Part shown: piece after piece, positions 31,387-41,759 of the stretch
How the letters are laid out: each line of letters starts with the position of its first letter
Numbering within the stretch: the first letter of the stretch is position 1
Notes under the pieces: model-generated
Told to the model about the DNA's origin: nothing
Seen by the model: only the letters and a program-made list of their open reading frames with translations
The model's database searches: none
Program-made: the position numbers and the translations under genes
From: Acidobacteriota bacterium
Lineage (GTDB): Bacteria > Acidobacteriota > UBA890 > WLXD01
Reading direction: 5' to 3'
Length of the DNA stretch: 64,000 nucleotides
NCBI GenBank assembly: GCA_963666215.2
Contig: CAXWPL010000005.1
Coordinates: 32,001-96,000 of the forward strand

Positions 31387-33611
31387 TGATCGAGTTGGCT
31401 CAACCTTCCGAGCTCGAAGCTCGGCATTCGTCCGCATCTAACCGGCCGACGCTCATGCCCATCGCGGTGATCGTCTCCCGATTCCCGAAGTTGACGGAGA
31501 CCTTCATCGTCCGCGAGCTCGATGAGCTCGACAGAGCGGGAATTCCCGTACTTCTCGTGCCCCTGATTCGACATGCGGAGCAACGGCTGCATCCTCGATC
31601 CAGCGCGTGGATGAGACGTGCGTTGTGGACGCCGTGGCTGGATGCGGCGACGTTGCGGTCGTGTGCCTACTGGTTGCGCTCTGAGCCGGGTCGGGTGGTG
31701 CGAATCCTTGCCCGAGTTCTGGCTGCCGAAGCGAGCTCGCCCGTGCGTCTCGTCAAGACGCTAGGACTGGTTCCGAAGGGCTTGCACCTTGCTCGCCTTC
31801 TCGAGGGCAAGGGCGTTATCCACGTTCACGCTCACTTTGCCACCTATCCAACGGCGATGGCTCGGTTGGTCGCAGCGCTCAGCGGAGCTACGTACAGCGT
31901 CACCGCCCACGCACACGACATCTTCGTGGACGCTCGAGGACTTCGCGCGAGGCTCCGGGACGCCTCCTTCGTTCGCTGCATCTCGCGCTACAACGCCGAC
32001 TACGTCGCGCGGATCTTCGAGTCAGGGGACGGTCCCGAGCTGCGAGTCGGGTACCTGGGCGTCGACACGCGTCAATTCGTCGCCCGAGACGGCAGGCGAG
32101 CCGGCGACACGCCCTGCCTCGTATGCGTTGCGGGTCTCCGCCCCTACAAGGGAGTGGACGTCTTGCTGAAGGCGTGCGCGCTGCTGCGCGAGCGCGGCGT
32201 CGACTTCAAGGTGAGAATCGTGGGCGACGGTCCAATGCGAGCGCGGCTAGAGAGAGAGGCCGAGCGTAAGGGCCTGACGCCGAGGCTCCAGTGGGAGGGC
32301 GATCGCACCGAGGGGGAAGTCGCCGCGATCCTCCGCGACGCGGACATCTTCGCGCACCCGAGTGTGGTCGCGCCCGACGGGCAGATGGACGGCGTGCCGG
32401 TCGCTATCATGGAAGCGATGTCAGCTGGAATACCGGTCGTCAGTTCGCGCCTTTCGGGGATCCCCGAGCTCGTGGTGCACGAAGAAACGGGACTCCTGGT
32501 GGACGCGGATAACCCTCCGGCGCTGGCCGATGCAATCGAGCGTCTGCTCGCAGACCCGGCAGCCCGAGCGAGCATGGGGCGCCGCGGCCGGGCTCGGATC
32601 GAGACCAGATTCGATCTGAGAGCCAACTCGCTCGTCTTGGGCTCGTGGTTGGCAGAGGAGTCGGCGGCACCCGAAAGGGCGCTTGCTCGAAGGATCCCCG
32701 CTTTTGTGGACGCCAGGTCAGTAGCCGTCGTCGAGGTGCGCTCAGGGCCCGATTCTCACGTCGAAGTGGTCAGCTGCCAGACGAACGAAGGCAAGCAGGA
32801 TCTCGTCCTCAAGGAGCATCTGCCGCGAGAAGGAGAGTCGGCCGCACCGGCAGCACGAGCCGCCCAAGAAGCCGCCGAGCTTCGAAGAGCAGCTGACCAC
32901 CTCAGGGCGTACTCGGGGCTCGGGGTCCCGACAGTCTTGGCTCGCGACGGCGGCCTGCTGGTCCTCACTCGTAGCACCGGCCGTCGGCTCGACGAGCTCT
33001 CGCTGGACAGTCACTGTTCGCCCAACGTGCTTGCGTCCGGCGCGCGGACGGCCGGTCGCTGGCTCAGGGCATACCACCGCCCAGAATCGGAGAGGCCAGC
33101 AGCAGGCCGGTCAACGACGGAGCTTCTCGAGGTGCCTACCGCCGACTTGGCCGCCGCGACCGGCCTACTCGGCCGATCACTGACTCGCGCGGCTACTACG
33201 GCGGTCAAACAGCTCGCGGAGCGGCTCATGGCGCGCGACGGCGATCCCCTCGCTCGACCGACCACGGTTCACGGCGACTACTGGCCAGGAAACATCCTAC
33301 TCGACAGGGATCGTGTCGAGGTGATCGATTTCGAGGGCTCGCAGACGGGCCTCGCGGCCTACGACATCGAGTATTTCCTCGTCCATCTCGAGCGTGTCGG
33401 GCGGCGCCGCGGACGGGCTGAGCTGGAGCTTGTGAGTCAGAGCTTGCGATCCGGATATGGCTCCTGGTCGACCGGCGGTTGGCGAAGCTGGGGGCGCTTT
33501 GCAGTCGCGGCGCGGCTCGCCGCCGTGGCTGCCGGACGTCACCACTCCTTCCGGCAGGCCCGCTGGATCCGACGGATCGTGCGCAACACTCTTCGTGGAG
33601 AGATCCCATGA
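31383..33611 (+). CDS. GT4 glycosyltransferase (WcaL-like) fused to an APH/choline-kinase-like phosphotransferase
   Basis: FPKLTETFI, HVHAHFA, DGVPVAIMEAM; C-terminal LVLK, HGDYWPGNI, VIDFE. Confidence 0.85.
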   Translation: MMIELAQPSELEARHSSASNRPTLMPIAVIVSRFPKLTETFIVRELDELDRAGIPVLLVPLIRHAEQRLHPRSSAWMRRALWTPWLDAATLRSCAYWLRSEPGRVVRILARVLAAEASSPVRLVKTLGLVPKGLHLARLLEGKGVIHVHAHFATYPTAMARLVAALSGATYSVTAHAHDIFVDARGLRARLRDASFVRCISRYNADYVARIFESGDGPELRVGYLGVDTRQFVARDGRRAGDTPCLVCVAGLRPYKGVDVLLKACALLRERGVDFKVRIVGDGPMRARLEREAERKGLTPRLQWEGDRTEGEVAAILRDADIFAHPSVVAPDGQMDGVPVAIMEAMSAGIPVVSSRLSGIPELVVHEETGLLVDADNPPALADAIERLLADPAARASMGRRGRARIETRFDLRANSLVLGSWLAEESAAPERALARRIPAFVDARSVAVVEVRSGPDSHVEVVSCQTNEGKQDLVLKEHLPREGESAAPAARAAQEAAELRRAADHLRAYSGLGVPTVLARDGGLLVLTRSTGRRLDELSLDSHCSPNVLASGARTAGRWLRAYHRPESERPAAGRSTTELLEVPTADLAAATGLLGRSLTRAATTAVKQLAERLMARDGDPLARPTTVHGDYWPGNILLDRDRVEVIDFEGSQTGLAAYDIEYFLVHLERVGRRRGRAELELVSQSLRSGYGSWSTGGWRSWGRFAVAARLAAVAAGRHHSFRQARWIRRIVRNTLRGEIP

Positions 33612-35113
33612 GCGGCGCGCCTGCGGATCTGAGCGCTCGTGTGACAGCCGATGCTGCTCGCGGCGTCGGTTGGGTGGCGACGACGGCGCTGGTGACTCGG
33701 GTATTGGGGTTCGTGGCCCTCGCTATCTTGGCACGGATCATCGCGCCCGAGTACTTCGGTCTGGTCGCGATCGCGACGGCTGTCCTTATCTTTGTCGATG
33801 CTCTCGGGGACGTAGGCGTCAGCGCGGCGCTGGTCTATCTGCCATCTCGCGTAGCTGCAGCCGTCCGCGTCAGTCTCGTCGTGAATTGCGCGTTGTCGGC
33901 GGCGTGGTTGCTCGCCGGCTGGCTGTCTGCCCCGTGGCTTGCCCGGTTCTTTGACGAGCCGGATGCAACGATGGTCCTCCGCGCGATGCTCTGGATCGTC
34001 CCGCTTCGATTCCTCGGCAACACGCCAGATGCGTTGCTCCGGCGAGATCTGCGATTTCGCGCGAGGGTGCGGCCGGAGCTCGCCGGCGCCCTCCTCAGGG
34101 CGGTGGTCTCGGTCGGTGCTGCGGTCGGCGGCGCGGGTGTTTGGAGCCTGGTGGTGGGTCATCTCGTTGGCCAGGCGGTCACCACGGCTCTTCTGTGGCG
34201 CGCTGTGACGTGGCCGCCGCGGGCTCGCCTCGAGGCAGGCGTCGCGCAGACGATGCTGACCTATGGCGTCGGCATCACCGCGGTCGACGTCCTGGCGGCG
34301 TTGACCCACCATTTCGACCTTCTCGTCGTCGGCCGCACGCTCGGTGCCACGGCCCTCGGCTACTACCAGATCGGGGCCCGCGTGCCGGAAGTGAGCCTCG
34401 GGCTGCTCGCCTGGGTCACGGCCAAGGTCCTTTTCCCAGCGTTCTCTCGACTGCACGCCGGAGGAGTTGACACCGGTCCATTGTGGCTGGGCGCGCTTCG
34501 GGCGATGGCGTCGATCGCCCTCCCGGTAGGGATCACGCTGGCGATTCTGGCCGAGCCAATCGTTATGCTCCTTTTCGGCGAAGCCTGGCGGCCTTCGGTC
34601 CCCGTGGTGCGCGCTCTGGCGCTTTACTTAACGGTCCGTGCGCTCGGCACGCATGCCGGCGATGTCCTGAAGGGTACGGGCCGAACGGGTCTTCTAGCGA
34701 TGCTCGGAGTGATCAAGGCGGCAATGCTGATGCCACTGCTGATAGCGCTGGCGCCGCACGGCATCGCAGCCGTAGCGACCGGTCTGGCGGCCATAGGCGC
34801 GGTAGGGTCGCTTCTTACCGTGGCGGTCGTCGCCCGGCTCTCGAACGTGCGGGCGGCTCAGATCGTCCGAGCGCTGGCGCCTTCCTCTGTCGCGACGGCG
34901 GGGCTTGCGGTCTGGCTTGGCGGAGCCGTGTTTCTCCGATGGTCGTCAGGCGCGTACCTGATCCCGACCGTGATCGCCGGGATGCTGCTGTACGCACTAG
35001 TCCTTCGGATCTCCGACCCCCGACTGTATGAACGGATCGTCGACGGGATTGTCAGTGTCACCGCGCCAGCCTTCGCGATCGTGCCTGCCGGTTCGGGTGG
35101 TGGCAAGTCATGA
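33608..35113 (+). CDS. Wzx-type polysaccharide flippase
   Basis: ILARIIAPEYFGLVA, DLLVVGRTLGATALGYY, VLFPAFSRL; multi-TM. Confidence 0.9.
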   Translation: MSGAPADLSARVTADAARGVGWVATTALVTRVLGFVALAILARIIAPEYFGLVAIATAVLIFVDALGDVGVSAALVYLPSRVAAAVRVSLVVNCALSAAWLLAGWLSAPWLARFFDEPDATMVLRAMLWIVPLRFLGNTPDALLRRDLRFRARVRPELAGALLRAVVSVGAAVGGAGVWSLVVGHLVGQAVTTALLWRAVTWPPRARLEAGVAQTMLTYGVGITAVDVLAALTHHFDLLVVGRTLGATALGYYQIGARVPEVSLGLLAWVTAKVLFPAFSRLHAGGVDTGPLWLGALRAMASIALPVGITLAILAEPIVMLLFGEAWRPSVPVVRALALYLTVRALGTHAGDVLKGTGRTGLLAMLGVIKAAMLMPLLIALAPHGIAAVATGLAAIGAVGSLLTVAVVARLSNVRAAQIVRALAPSSVATAGLAVWLGGAVFLRWSSGAYLIPTVIAGMLLYALVLRISDPRLYERIVDGIVSVTAPAFAIVPAGSGGGKS

Positions 35114-36150
35114 GCGGGTACGCAGCGAACTCGTGCGCCCCGCGCCTCTCGGTCTGGCCGCCCAGGCCGCCGTTGGATCCGAGCTTCGTGAGCGATCTGC
35201 AACCTGCGCACGGCGTGCGCGCCCGGGTTGGCCGGGTCTTCCGGCAGCAGCTCTCGGCGAGTCTGGCCCGGCGGCTCGCACAACCTCTGCCGAGCGCAGT
35301 GCCCTCCGACCGCGAGCTGCTAGGCGCGGCGCTCGAGTTGCTGCCGGAAGATCGTGCGACGCGGGGCCACGTCATTGTCGCGGACGTGCACGATCCCGAA
35401 CGCCAGCGACTGCTCGCGTTTGCGCTCGACGACGATGGCAGGCCGCAAACGGTTCTGAAAGCGGCCGCCAGCGCGGCCGGTCGCGCCACGATTCGGGCTG
35501 AAGCCGAGGCTCTCCTACGGCTCGGCAGGAGTAGGCGTCTCCAGCGCAGCGCGCGCGCTCCGCGAGTCTTGGGGTTCACCGAAGGGGCCGACATGACAGC
35601 GCTCAGACTTTCGGGCCTGAACGGACCTTCCCAATACGCGCAACTGCATTCCGGGCTGTTCCCGGCAGGCAATATCGAGTCTCACTTACTGCAGGCCTGC
35701 CGCTGGTTGATCACGTTTCAGGACGCGACGATCTGTGATTCCCAGGACGGCGAACTGCCCGCCGCCGCGGCACACGGCGACTTCTGGCCAGGGAACGTCC
35801 TGGCGCTCCGCGATGGCGTGGGTGTGGTCGATTGGGAGAGATTCTGGCCCGCCGCGCCCGTGACGCAGGATCTCTTCCACTATCTGATCTCGTACGCCTT
35901 CGTCCTTCCAAGCCTCGCGTGTCGGCGTAGAGAGCCGGCCGCAGCTCTGCACGCCGCCTTTGTCGCAAACGGCCCGCTCGGGCGCGCCACGAGGCTGGCG
36001 GTCGACATGTTCGGCAGCGCGAGGGGAATCCCGAGGCGCCGAATTTGGCGAGCGCTCGCCGCTCAGCTCAGGTGCCCGTCCGCCGTCCCCGAGCTCCGAC
36101 TGCGGGACGCCGAGCTGCTCGCAAACGCGATCGTAGGAGGGCGAGCATGA
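35110..36150 (+). CDS. APH-like phosphotransferase
   Basis: VLKA, EAEAL, HGDFWPGNV, VVDWE, DLFHY. Confidence 0.75.
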   Translation: MSGYAANSCAPRLSVWPPRPPLDPSFVSDLQPAHGVRARVGRVFRQQLSASLARRLAQPLPSAVPSDRELLGAALELLPEDRATRGHVIVADVHDPERQRLLAFALDDDGRPQTVLKAAASAAGRATIRAEAEALLRLGRSRRLQRSARAPRVLGFTEGADMTALRLSGLNGPSQYAQLHSGLFPAGNIESHLLQACRWLITFQDATICDSQDGELPAAAAHGDFWPGNVLALRDGVGVVDWERFWPAAPVTQDLFHYLISYAFVLPSLACRRREPAAALHAAFVANGPLGRATRLAVDMFGSARGIPRRRIWRALAAQLRCPSAVPELRLRDAELLANAIVGGRA

Positions 36151-38564
36151 AGGTAGCTTGGGTGATTGACGCCCTCGGCAGGGGAGGTGCTGAGGCTCTC
36201 GTGGCCCAGTACGCCGAGGCCGCGCGCTTCACGGGTATCGAGCTGCACGTGTTTGCCCTTCGGGCGTCGGGTGGCTCGGCCAACGCCACGCTGCTGCGCG
36301 ACAACGGGATCCCCTTGACCTGGATCAACTCTCGCAACCTGCGAGATCTCCGCGCCTGGCGCCTGCTGGTCGCCGCGCTCGAGGCGGCTGAGGTCGAGTT
36401 CATCCACGCGCACCTGACCTACGCCACGATTTGGTCGGCCCTGGCATCCTGGAAACTGCGCGTGCCGATGACGGCTTCGCTTCACGTCATGCCTGGTGGA
36501 AAGGACTCGACATGGGCGGATCGCGCGAGAGAACGCCTGATGTGTGCTCTGCTGCGTGCACGGGCACAGAAGACGGTCGCCGTCTCAGAGGCGACCGCGC
36601 GGGCATATGTCGAGCGCGGACTTCTTCGCCGCGAGGGGCTCGAGGTGGTTCGGAACGGCGTGCAATTGCGCGCTCCGGCGACCGCCGCGCAGCGCGCCGA
36701 AGCTCGCGCACAGTTCGGGATTCCGGAAGGCGCCCGGGTTCTTGTGAGCGTCGCGCTACTTCGGGAGGCAAAGGGCATCGGCGATCTGCTCCAGGCGATG
36801 CCACGCGTGCTCCGTACCCATCCCCGGACCATCGCCCTCATCGCCGGCGACGGACCCGATCGGCAGCGCCTTGAGGCGATAGCAAACCAGTTGGGGCTGC
36901 GCGACTGCTGCCGGTTCGTCGGTTTTCTCGAAGACGTCAGCCCGGTCCTGAGGGCAGCGGATGCGTTCGTTCACCCGTCGCGCGAAGAGGCCATGCCGGG
37001 CGCTGTCCTGGAGGCGCTGGCGGCGGCCGTCCCCGTCGTTGCAACCGCGGTCGGTGGCACGCAAGAGATCCTGACAGATGGTTCCGGAACGCTCGTGCCG
37101 CCCCGCTCGCCAGCCGCACTGGGAGAGGCCATCGTCGCGGCGTTCGACGATCCGCAGGGCACGGCGACGACGGCTCAAGAGGGGAGAGCGCGTGTGGCTG
37201 CCCGCTTCTCCGTCGGCCAGTGGGCGAAAGACCTCGCGGATCTCTACGGCCGGCTGGCGTCGGGCTGCCGACCGGCACCCGAGCAAGCCGATCGAGGCAT
37301 CGCGGCGGGATTAAGGGTGGCGGTGGTCGAGCCGGTCGGTCGCGGAGGCCTGATTCAGTACGCGTTCCAGCTTTGTCGCGCGCTCGCCGAGCAGCGCCTA
37401 CAGGTGGAGCTCATTACGTGCCGCGACTGGGAGCTTGCCAATGTCCCCAGGACCTTCGAGGCCACGACCCTGTTCGGCGAATCCGACGTGAAGCGGCGCC
37501 CTGGGCAGACCGGTGTGCGGGTGCGGCCATTCCTCCGCCTGCGCAGAGCGTTCTCGCACTACGGAAGATGGCTGCGGCTGTTGGGCTACGTCGGTTTGCG
37601 CCGGCGATACGACGTCGTCCAGCTCGGCGACATCCGCTTTCCCTTCGATGTCGTCCCGATCGTCTGCCTTCGGCTGCTGGGAGTGCGGCTGACCGATATC
37701 TGTCACAACGTCGAGCCCTTCGCCGTTGGCGGCCCGCGAGGGGGATCCTTCGGATTTGGAAGCTGGAGCCAACCGCTGTTGCGCTTGGCGTACCGGCAGT
37801 TTTCAACCGTCTTCGTCCACTATGCGGTCAATCGAGATCGCTTCCTCGCCCGGTACGAGGTCGACCGGGATCGAGTCGTCGAGATACCGCACGGCAACGA
37901 AGCGATCCTTGAGGAGGTCGCCAGCGGAGAGGGTGCCGGCGCCCTGCGGGCGGATCTCGGGATTGGCGTCGGTGATCCGGTCGTGCTGCTTCCGGGGACG
38001 CTCTCGCGCTACAAGGGCGTCGATACGTTGATCGAAGCCCTGCCGTCCCTTCTGGACCGCTTTCCCGACGCCCGAGTCGTGATTGCCGGCCATCCGTTGC
38101 CCGACTTCGATTTGGCCCGTCATAAGAGCCTGGCAGCAGCTCTCGGCGTGCATGACAGCGTCTCCTGGAACACCCGCTACCTGGAGGCCCAGGAGATCGC
38201 CTCCTGGTTGCAGATGGCGCAGTTGGTCGCGCTGCCCTACAGGCAGGCCTACCAATCCGGTGTCGCTCACCTGGCGCAAACGTTCGGCGTTCCCGTCGTC
38301 GCCACGCGAACGGGCGCGTTCGCCCAGATCCTCGAGGACACCGGATCAGGCCTCTTGGTTCCGCCCGACGATCCGCCAGCGCTGGCCAAGGCTCTGAGCG
38401 GGCTGCTCGCGGACGACCAGCTGCGGCGCGAAAAGGCACGGAACGCGACGCGCGCGGCGCACGGCCCCTTCGCGTGGTCAGAGGTCGCCGGCATCGTTCG
38501 CCGCCGCTACGAGGAGCTGCTCGCGGACGCCATCCCCCCACTCACGCGGGAGGGTTCGTCGTGA
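36147..38564 (+). CDS. Tandem double GT4 glycosyltransferase
   Basis: Two GT-B units: RGGAE..EAMPGAVLEA and GGLIQY..YKGVD..QSGVAHLA. Confidence 0.9.
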   Translation: MKVAWVIDALGRGGAEALVAQYAEAARFTGIELHVFALRASGGSANATLLRDNGIPLTWINSRNLRDLRAWRLLVAALEAAEVEFIHAHLTYATIWSALASWKLRVPMTASLHVMPGGKDSTWADRARERLMCALLRARAQKTVAVSEATARAYVERGLLRREGLEVVRNGVQLRAPATAAQRAEARAQFGIPEGARVLVSVALLREAKGIGDLLQAMPRVLRTHPRTIALIAGDGPDRQRLEAIANQLGLRDCCRFVGFLEDVSPVLRAADAFVHPSREEAMPGAVLEALAAAVPVVATAVGGTQEILTDGSGTLVPPRSPAALGEAIVAAFDDPQGTATTAQEGRARVAARFSVGQWAKDLADLYGRLASGCRPAPEQADRGIAAGLRVAVVEPVGRGGLIQYAFQLCRALAEQRLQVELITCRDWELANVPRTFEATTLFGESDVKRRPGQTGVRVRPFLRLRRAFSHYGRWLRLLGYVGLRRRYDVVQLGDIRFPFDVVPIVCLRLLGVRLTDICHNVEPFAVGGPRGGSFGFGSWSQPLLRLAYRQFSTVFVHYAVNRDRFLARYEVDRDRVVEIPHGNEAILEEVASGEGAGALRADLGIGVGDPVVLLPGTLSRYKGVDTLIEALPSLLDRFPDARVVIAGHPLPDFDLARHKSLAAALGVHDSVSWNTRYLEAQEIASWLQMAQLVALPYRQAYQSGVAHLAQTFGVPVVATRTGAFAQILEDTGSGLLVPPDDPPALAKALSGLLADDQLRREKARNATRAAHGPFAWSEVAGIVRRRYEELLADAIPPLTREGSS

Positions 38565-39727
38565 CGAGCTCGCAAGCGCTTATGTGGGCCGGCCTGATCC
38601 TGACGGCTTACCTGTACGTCGGGTATCCATTGATACTTGCGCTCCTCGCGTGGCTTCGTCCTCGACCCGTGCGACGGGCTGACGCCCGCCCACGGATGAC
38701 GGTGATCATCGCCGCCCATAACGAGGAGCGGTGGATCGGTCAAAAGGTCACCAACACGCTTTCGCTCGATTACCCTCCTGAGCGCCTCGAGGTCGTGGTC
38801 GCGTCGGATGGCTCGACCGATCGCACGGAGTCGATCGTCGCCTCCTGCCGTTCTCCACGTGTACGGCTTCTTCGTCTCGCCCGGCTTGGCAAGGCGAACG
38901 CGCTCAACGAGGCCGTCGCAGCGGCCGAAGGCGACGTCGTGGTGTTCACCGATGCCAACTCCAGAGTGCGCCCGGACGCCCTGCGCAACATCGCCAGGAA
39001 CTTCGCCGACCCGGATGTGGGCGGAGTGTGCGGGGCGAAAGTGACCTTGGCCACCGACGGTGATAGCACGCAGGTCGGGGAAGGTCTGTACTGGAGATAC
39101 GACCAGTGGCAGAAATCTCTCGAGACCCGCGTCGGCAGTGTCTTCGCTGCAGACGGGACTCTCTACGCTGTCCGTCGGTCACTCTACGTGCCGCTCGTGG
39201 AGCTGGCGCAGGCAGACGACATCGCTATCTCCGCTCGGGTTGTTTTACAAGGCCGACGACTGGTCTTCGAGCCTGAAGCGATTGCCGAGGAACCGGCCCC
39301 CGGGCATGGCGTCTCGGAGCTCAGGCGCAAGATCCGCGTAACCAATCACAGTCTCCGAGCGCTGCTCGGCCTCGGAGCTCCGCTTTGGACTCGAGGCCTC
39401 TATTCGTTCGAGGTCATCTCGCACAAGCTGCTGCGCCATCTGTCGCCGTTCTTTCTTCTGGCCGTTCTGCTCGGTGCCGGCGGCGCGGCCATAAGCGACG
39501 GCTTCGCGCGGCTCGTGCTCGTCGCTGCCGCGGGCTTCGCGGCGCTGGCTCTCTTCGGTGCGGCAGTCAGGGAGCGGAGCTGGGGGAGCGCGCAGCTCCT
39601 GTCGTTTCCGTACTACTTCGCGCTGGTGAATCTGGCCGCCTTTCTGGGAACGATCAGTGTTGCTCGAGGGGTTCGAGTGGCGAGCTGGTCGCCCCGCGGT
39701 GGTCTCGAAAGGGGAGGATGCACATGA
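38561..39727 (+). CDS. GT2 glycosyltransferase (CESA-like)
   Basis: IIAAHNEE, SDGSTD, FTDAN, ADD; terminal TM segments. Confidence 0.9.
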   Translation: MTSSQALMWAGLILTAYLYVGYPLILALLAWLRPRPVRRADARPRMTVIIAAHNEERWIGQKVTNTLSLDYPPERLEVVVASDGSTDRTESIVASCRSPRVRLLRLARLGKANALNEAVAAAEGDVVVFTDANSRVRPDALRNIARNFADPDVGGVCGAKVTLATDGDSTQVGEGLYWRYDQWQKSLETRVGSVFAADGTLYAVRRSLYVPLVELAQADDIAISARVVLQGRRLVFEPEAIAEEPAPGHGVSELRRKIRVTNHSLRALLGLGAPLWTRGLYSFEVISHKLLRHLSPFFLLAVLLGAGGAAISDGFARLVLVAAAGFAALALFGAAVRERSWGSAQLLSFPYYFALVNLAAFLGTISVARGVRVASWSPRGGLERGGCT

Positions 39728-40641
39728 TGGCAAGAAGCCTGGCTCGCTGGACCGTGTGGGCGACCGCAGTCACCATGGTCGGGGCGCTCTGCAGCCCCGA
39801 GACAGCAATGGCGCAGCAACAGTCCGTCGGGGTCGAAGTGAAGGTCCAAGGCAGCATCAACGACAACTTCTTCCAATCGCCCGACGACGACGCGCCGACC
39901 GAGGTACGCGCTCTCCGTGTCGAAGCGCGTGCCTTGTTCAAGCCCGTCGCCAGGGGAGCGGTGACCTTCGTGCTCGGCGGTGGTGGTACGGGATACGAGG
40001 GAGATACTCTCACTGCGACTTCGATCTTCGGCAGTTTCGTAGTCAATAGTCGCGCGCATGATCTCACGGCGACGGTAGGGCGCGAACAAGATCGGTTGAT
40101 CTTCGATGTCGGCGATGGCGTCGGCACTGCCGACATCTTGTTCGTGGTTGCAGACTACGGCGTACGTGTTCCGGGTGGCTTCGAGCTCAAGGCCCGGCTC
40201 ACGCTGCAGTCTCAAAGCTTCGAAACACCCGAGCACGACAACACGCTGATCGGCGTCGGGTCCGCGCTTCGCTTTCATGGGTTCGGCAGATCCTTTTCGC
40301 CTGAAATCGGCGTGTTGTTCGGAGGACGCTCGGCCACCGATCGCGGGGACGATCACGATCAGACCGATTACTACGTCAAGGTGCGTTCGGCTCCGACCGC
40401 CGGCATCTACATGAGCTTCCGCTACCGACACCGTTTGAGGGAGTACTCGATCACGGACTCGCTGGATCGGAACTTCGGCCGCGAGGACTCGCGCGATCAG
40501 TTCACCGCTCTCGCGGTGTTCCCGGCCAACAAACCACTCGCTGCGACGGCCTACTTCGCGCGACAGGACGCGACGTCCACTCTCCCGACTCGGACGTTCG
40601 AGACCACCGTGCTCACCCTGGGGCTCCGCGTGCGGTTCTGA
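39724..40641 (+). CDS. Putative outer-membrane beta-barrel protein (EPS export-associated)
   Basis: Signal peptide (AMA-Q), alternating beta-strand pattern, C-terminal LGLRVRF. Confidence 0.65.
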   Translation: MMARSLARWTVWATAVTMVGALCSPETAMAQQQSVGVEVKVQGSINDNFFQSPDDDAPTEVRALRVEARALFKPVARGAVTFVLGGGGTGYEGDTLTATSIFGSFVVNSRAHDLTATVGREQDRLIFDVGDGVGTADILFVVADYGVRVPGGFELKARLTLQSQSFETPEHDNTLIGVGSALRFHGFGRSFSPEIGVLFGGRSATDRGDDHDQTDYYVKVRSAPTAGIYMSFRYRHRLREYSITDSLDRNFGREDSRDQFTALAVFPANKPLAATAYFARQDATSTLPTRTFETTVLTLGLRVRF

Positions 40642-40670
40642 AGGAAACCGTAGAACGGGCACTGAAGCTC

Positions 40671-41759
40671 CTATAGATCGCAAGCGGGGGAGAGAGATTC
40701 TTCCGTGTCGCGTGGTGGTGGGAGGAGGTTGTAGACCTCGCGGGCAACGTAGCGCTTGAGGCAGCGGATGATTTCCTTCTTGGAGAGGCCTTCGGTGGTG
40801 CGGCGCTCCACGTAAGCGATGGTTGGCACGTGCCATCGCATCCGGACGATCACAGCGCGGTAGAGGGCGGTATTGGCCTGCCGGTTTCCCCCTCGGTTGA
40901 GCCGATGGCGGCCGCCGGTCTTGCCGGATCCGGCCGGTATTGGGCAGACGCCACAGAGCTTGGCGAAGGCCGCTTCGGAGCGGATCCGGTCGGTGTTGTC
41001 GCCGGCAGTCACGAGGAGCTCGCCGGCGATATCGGGCCCGATCCCGAACGCGTCGAGCAGGCGGGGTGCAGTCGCGGTAGTGAGTTTCTCCAGGCGTTTG
41101 GTGTGGGTCTTGATCTCCTCGTGCAGATCAAGCCACCGTCGGGCGAGCGAGCAGAGCACGTGACGCATCGTCACGTTGGGATCAGCCGGGTCCCCGTCGC
41201 CGTCGAGCCCGACACAGGTCGTCATCAGCTTATGGTCGCTGAGCGGTTCCAGCTTCGCTCGCAACTCATCGGAGGCCGTCACCAACGTCGCCTTGAGCGT
41301 CACGATCGCCTGGGTATGGGCTTTCACGGCAGTGTTGCGGGCGATCCGGGTGAGGCGGATCGCCTCAACGGCACCGTCGGAGACCTTGGGAGTTGCCGTG
41401 GCCTGCCCGGCCAGGACCTGACGGGCTGCATGTTCGGCGTCGATCGGATCGCTCTTACCGGCGAGGCGGCGTTGCCCTGCTCGAGGTGGCCGACTGACCT
41501 CGATCACTGTCTGTGCGTGGCGCCGCAAGAACCTGGCAAGGCCCATTCCGTAGCTGCCGGTCCCCTCCACCCCGAAGACGTGGACACGACCCAAGGTCTT
41601 GGCCCACGCCAACAGCCCCGCGTAGCCGCTGTTTGTGACCGAGAGGTAGTACTCGCCGAGACGGCCACCAAGGCCGTCAATCACGACGGCGACGTGTTCG
41701 TCCTTGTGAGTGTCGACACCGACGATGACATCGGTGCGCTCGAGTGCGATGCTGGACAT
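40671..41759 (-). CDS. IS110-family DEDD recombinase/transposase, intact
   Basis: GVDTHK, GVEGTG, KSDPIDA (DEDD), PAGSGK serine, RLNRGGNRQAN; AGGAGG RBS. Confidence 0.95.
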   Translation of the reverse strand: MSSIALERTDVIVGVDTHKDEHVAVVIDGLGGRLGEYYLSVTNSGYAGLLAWAKTLGRVHVFGVEGTGSYGMGLARFLRRHAQTVIEVSRPPRAGQRRLAGKSDPIDAEHAARQVLAGQATATPKVSDGAVEAIRLTRIARNTAVKAHTQAIVTLKATLVTASDELRAKLEPLSDHKLMTTCVGLDGDGDPADPNVTMRHVLCSLARRWLDLHEEIKTHTKRLEKLTTATAPRLLDAFGIGPDIAGELLVTAGDNTDRIRSEAAFAKLCGVCPIPAGSGKTGGRHRLNRGGNRQANTALYRAVIVRMRWHVPTIAYVERRTTEGLSKKEIIRCLKRYVAREVYNLLPPPRDTEESLSPACDL

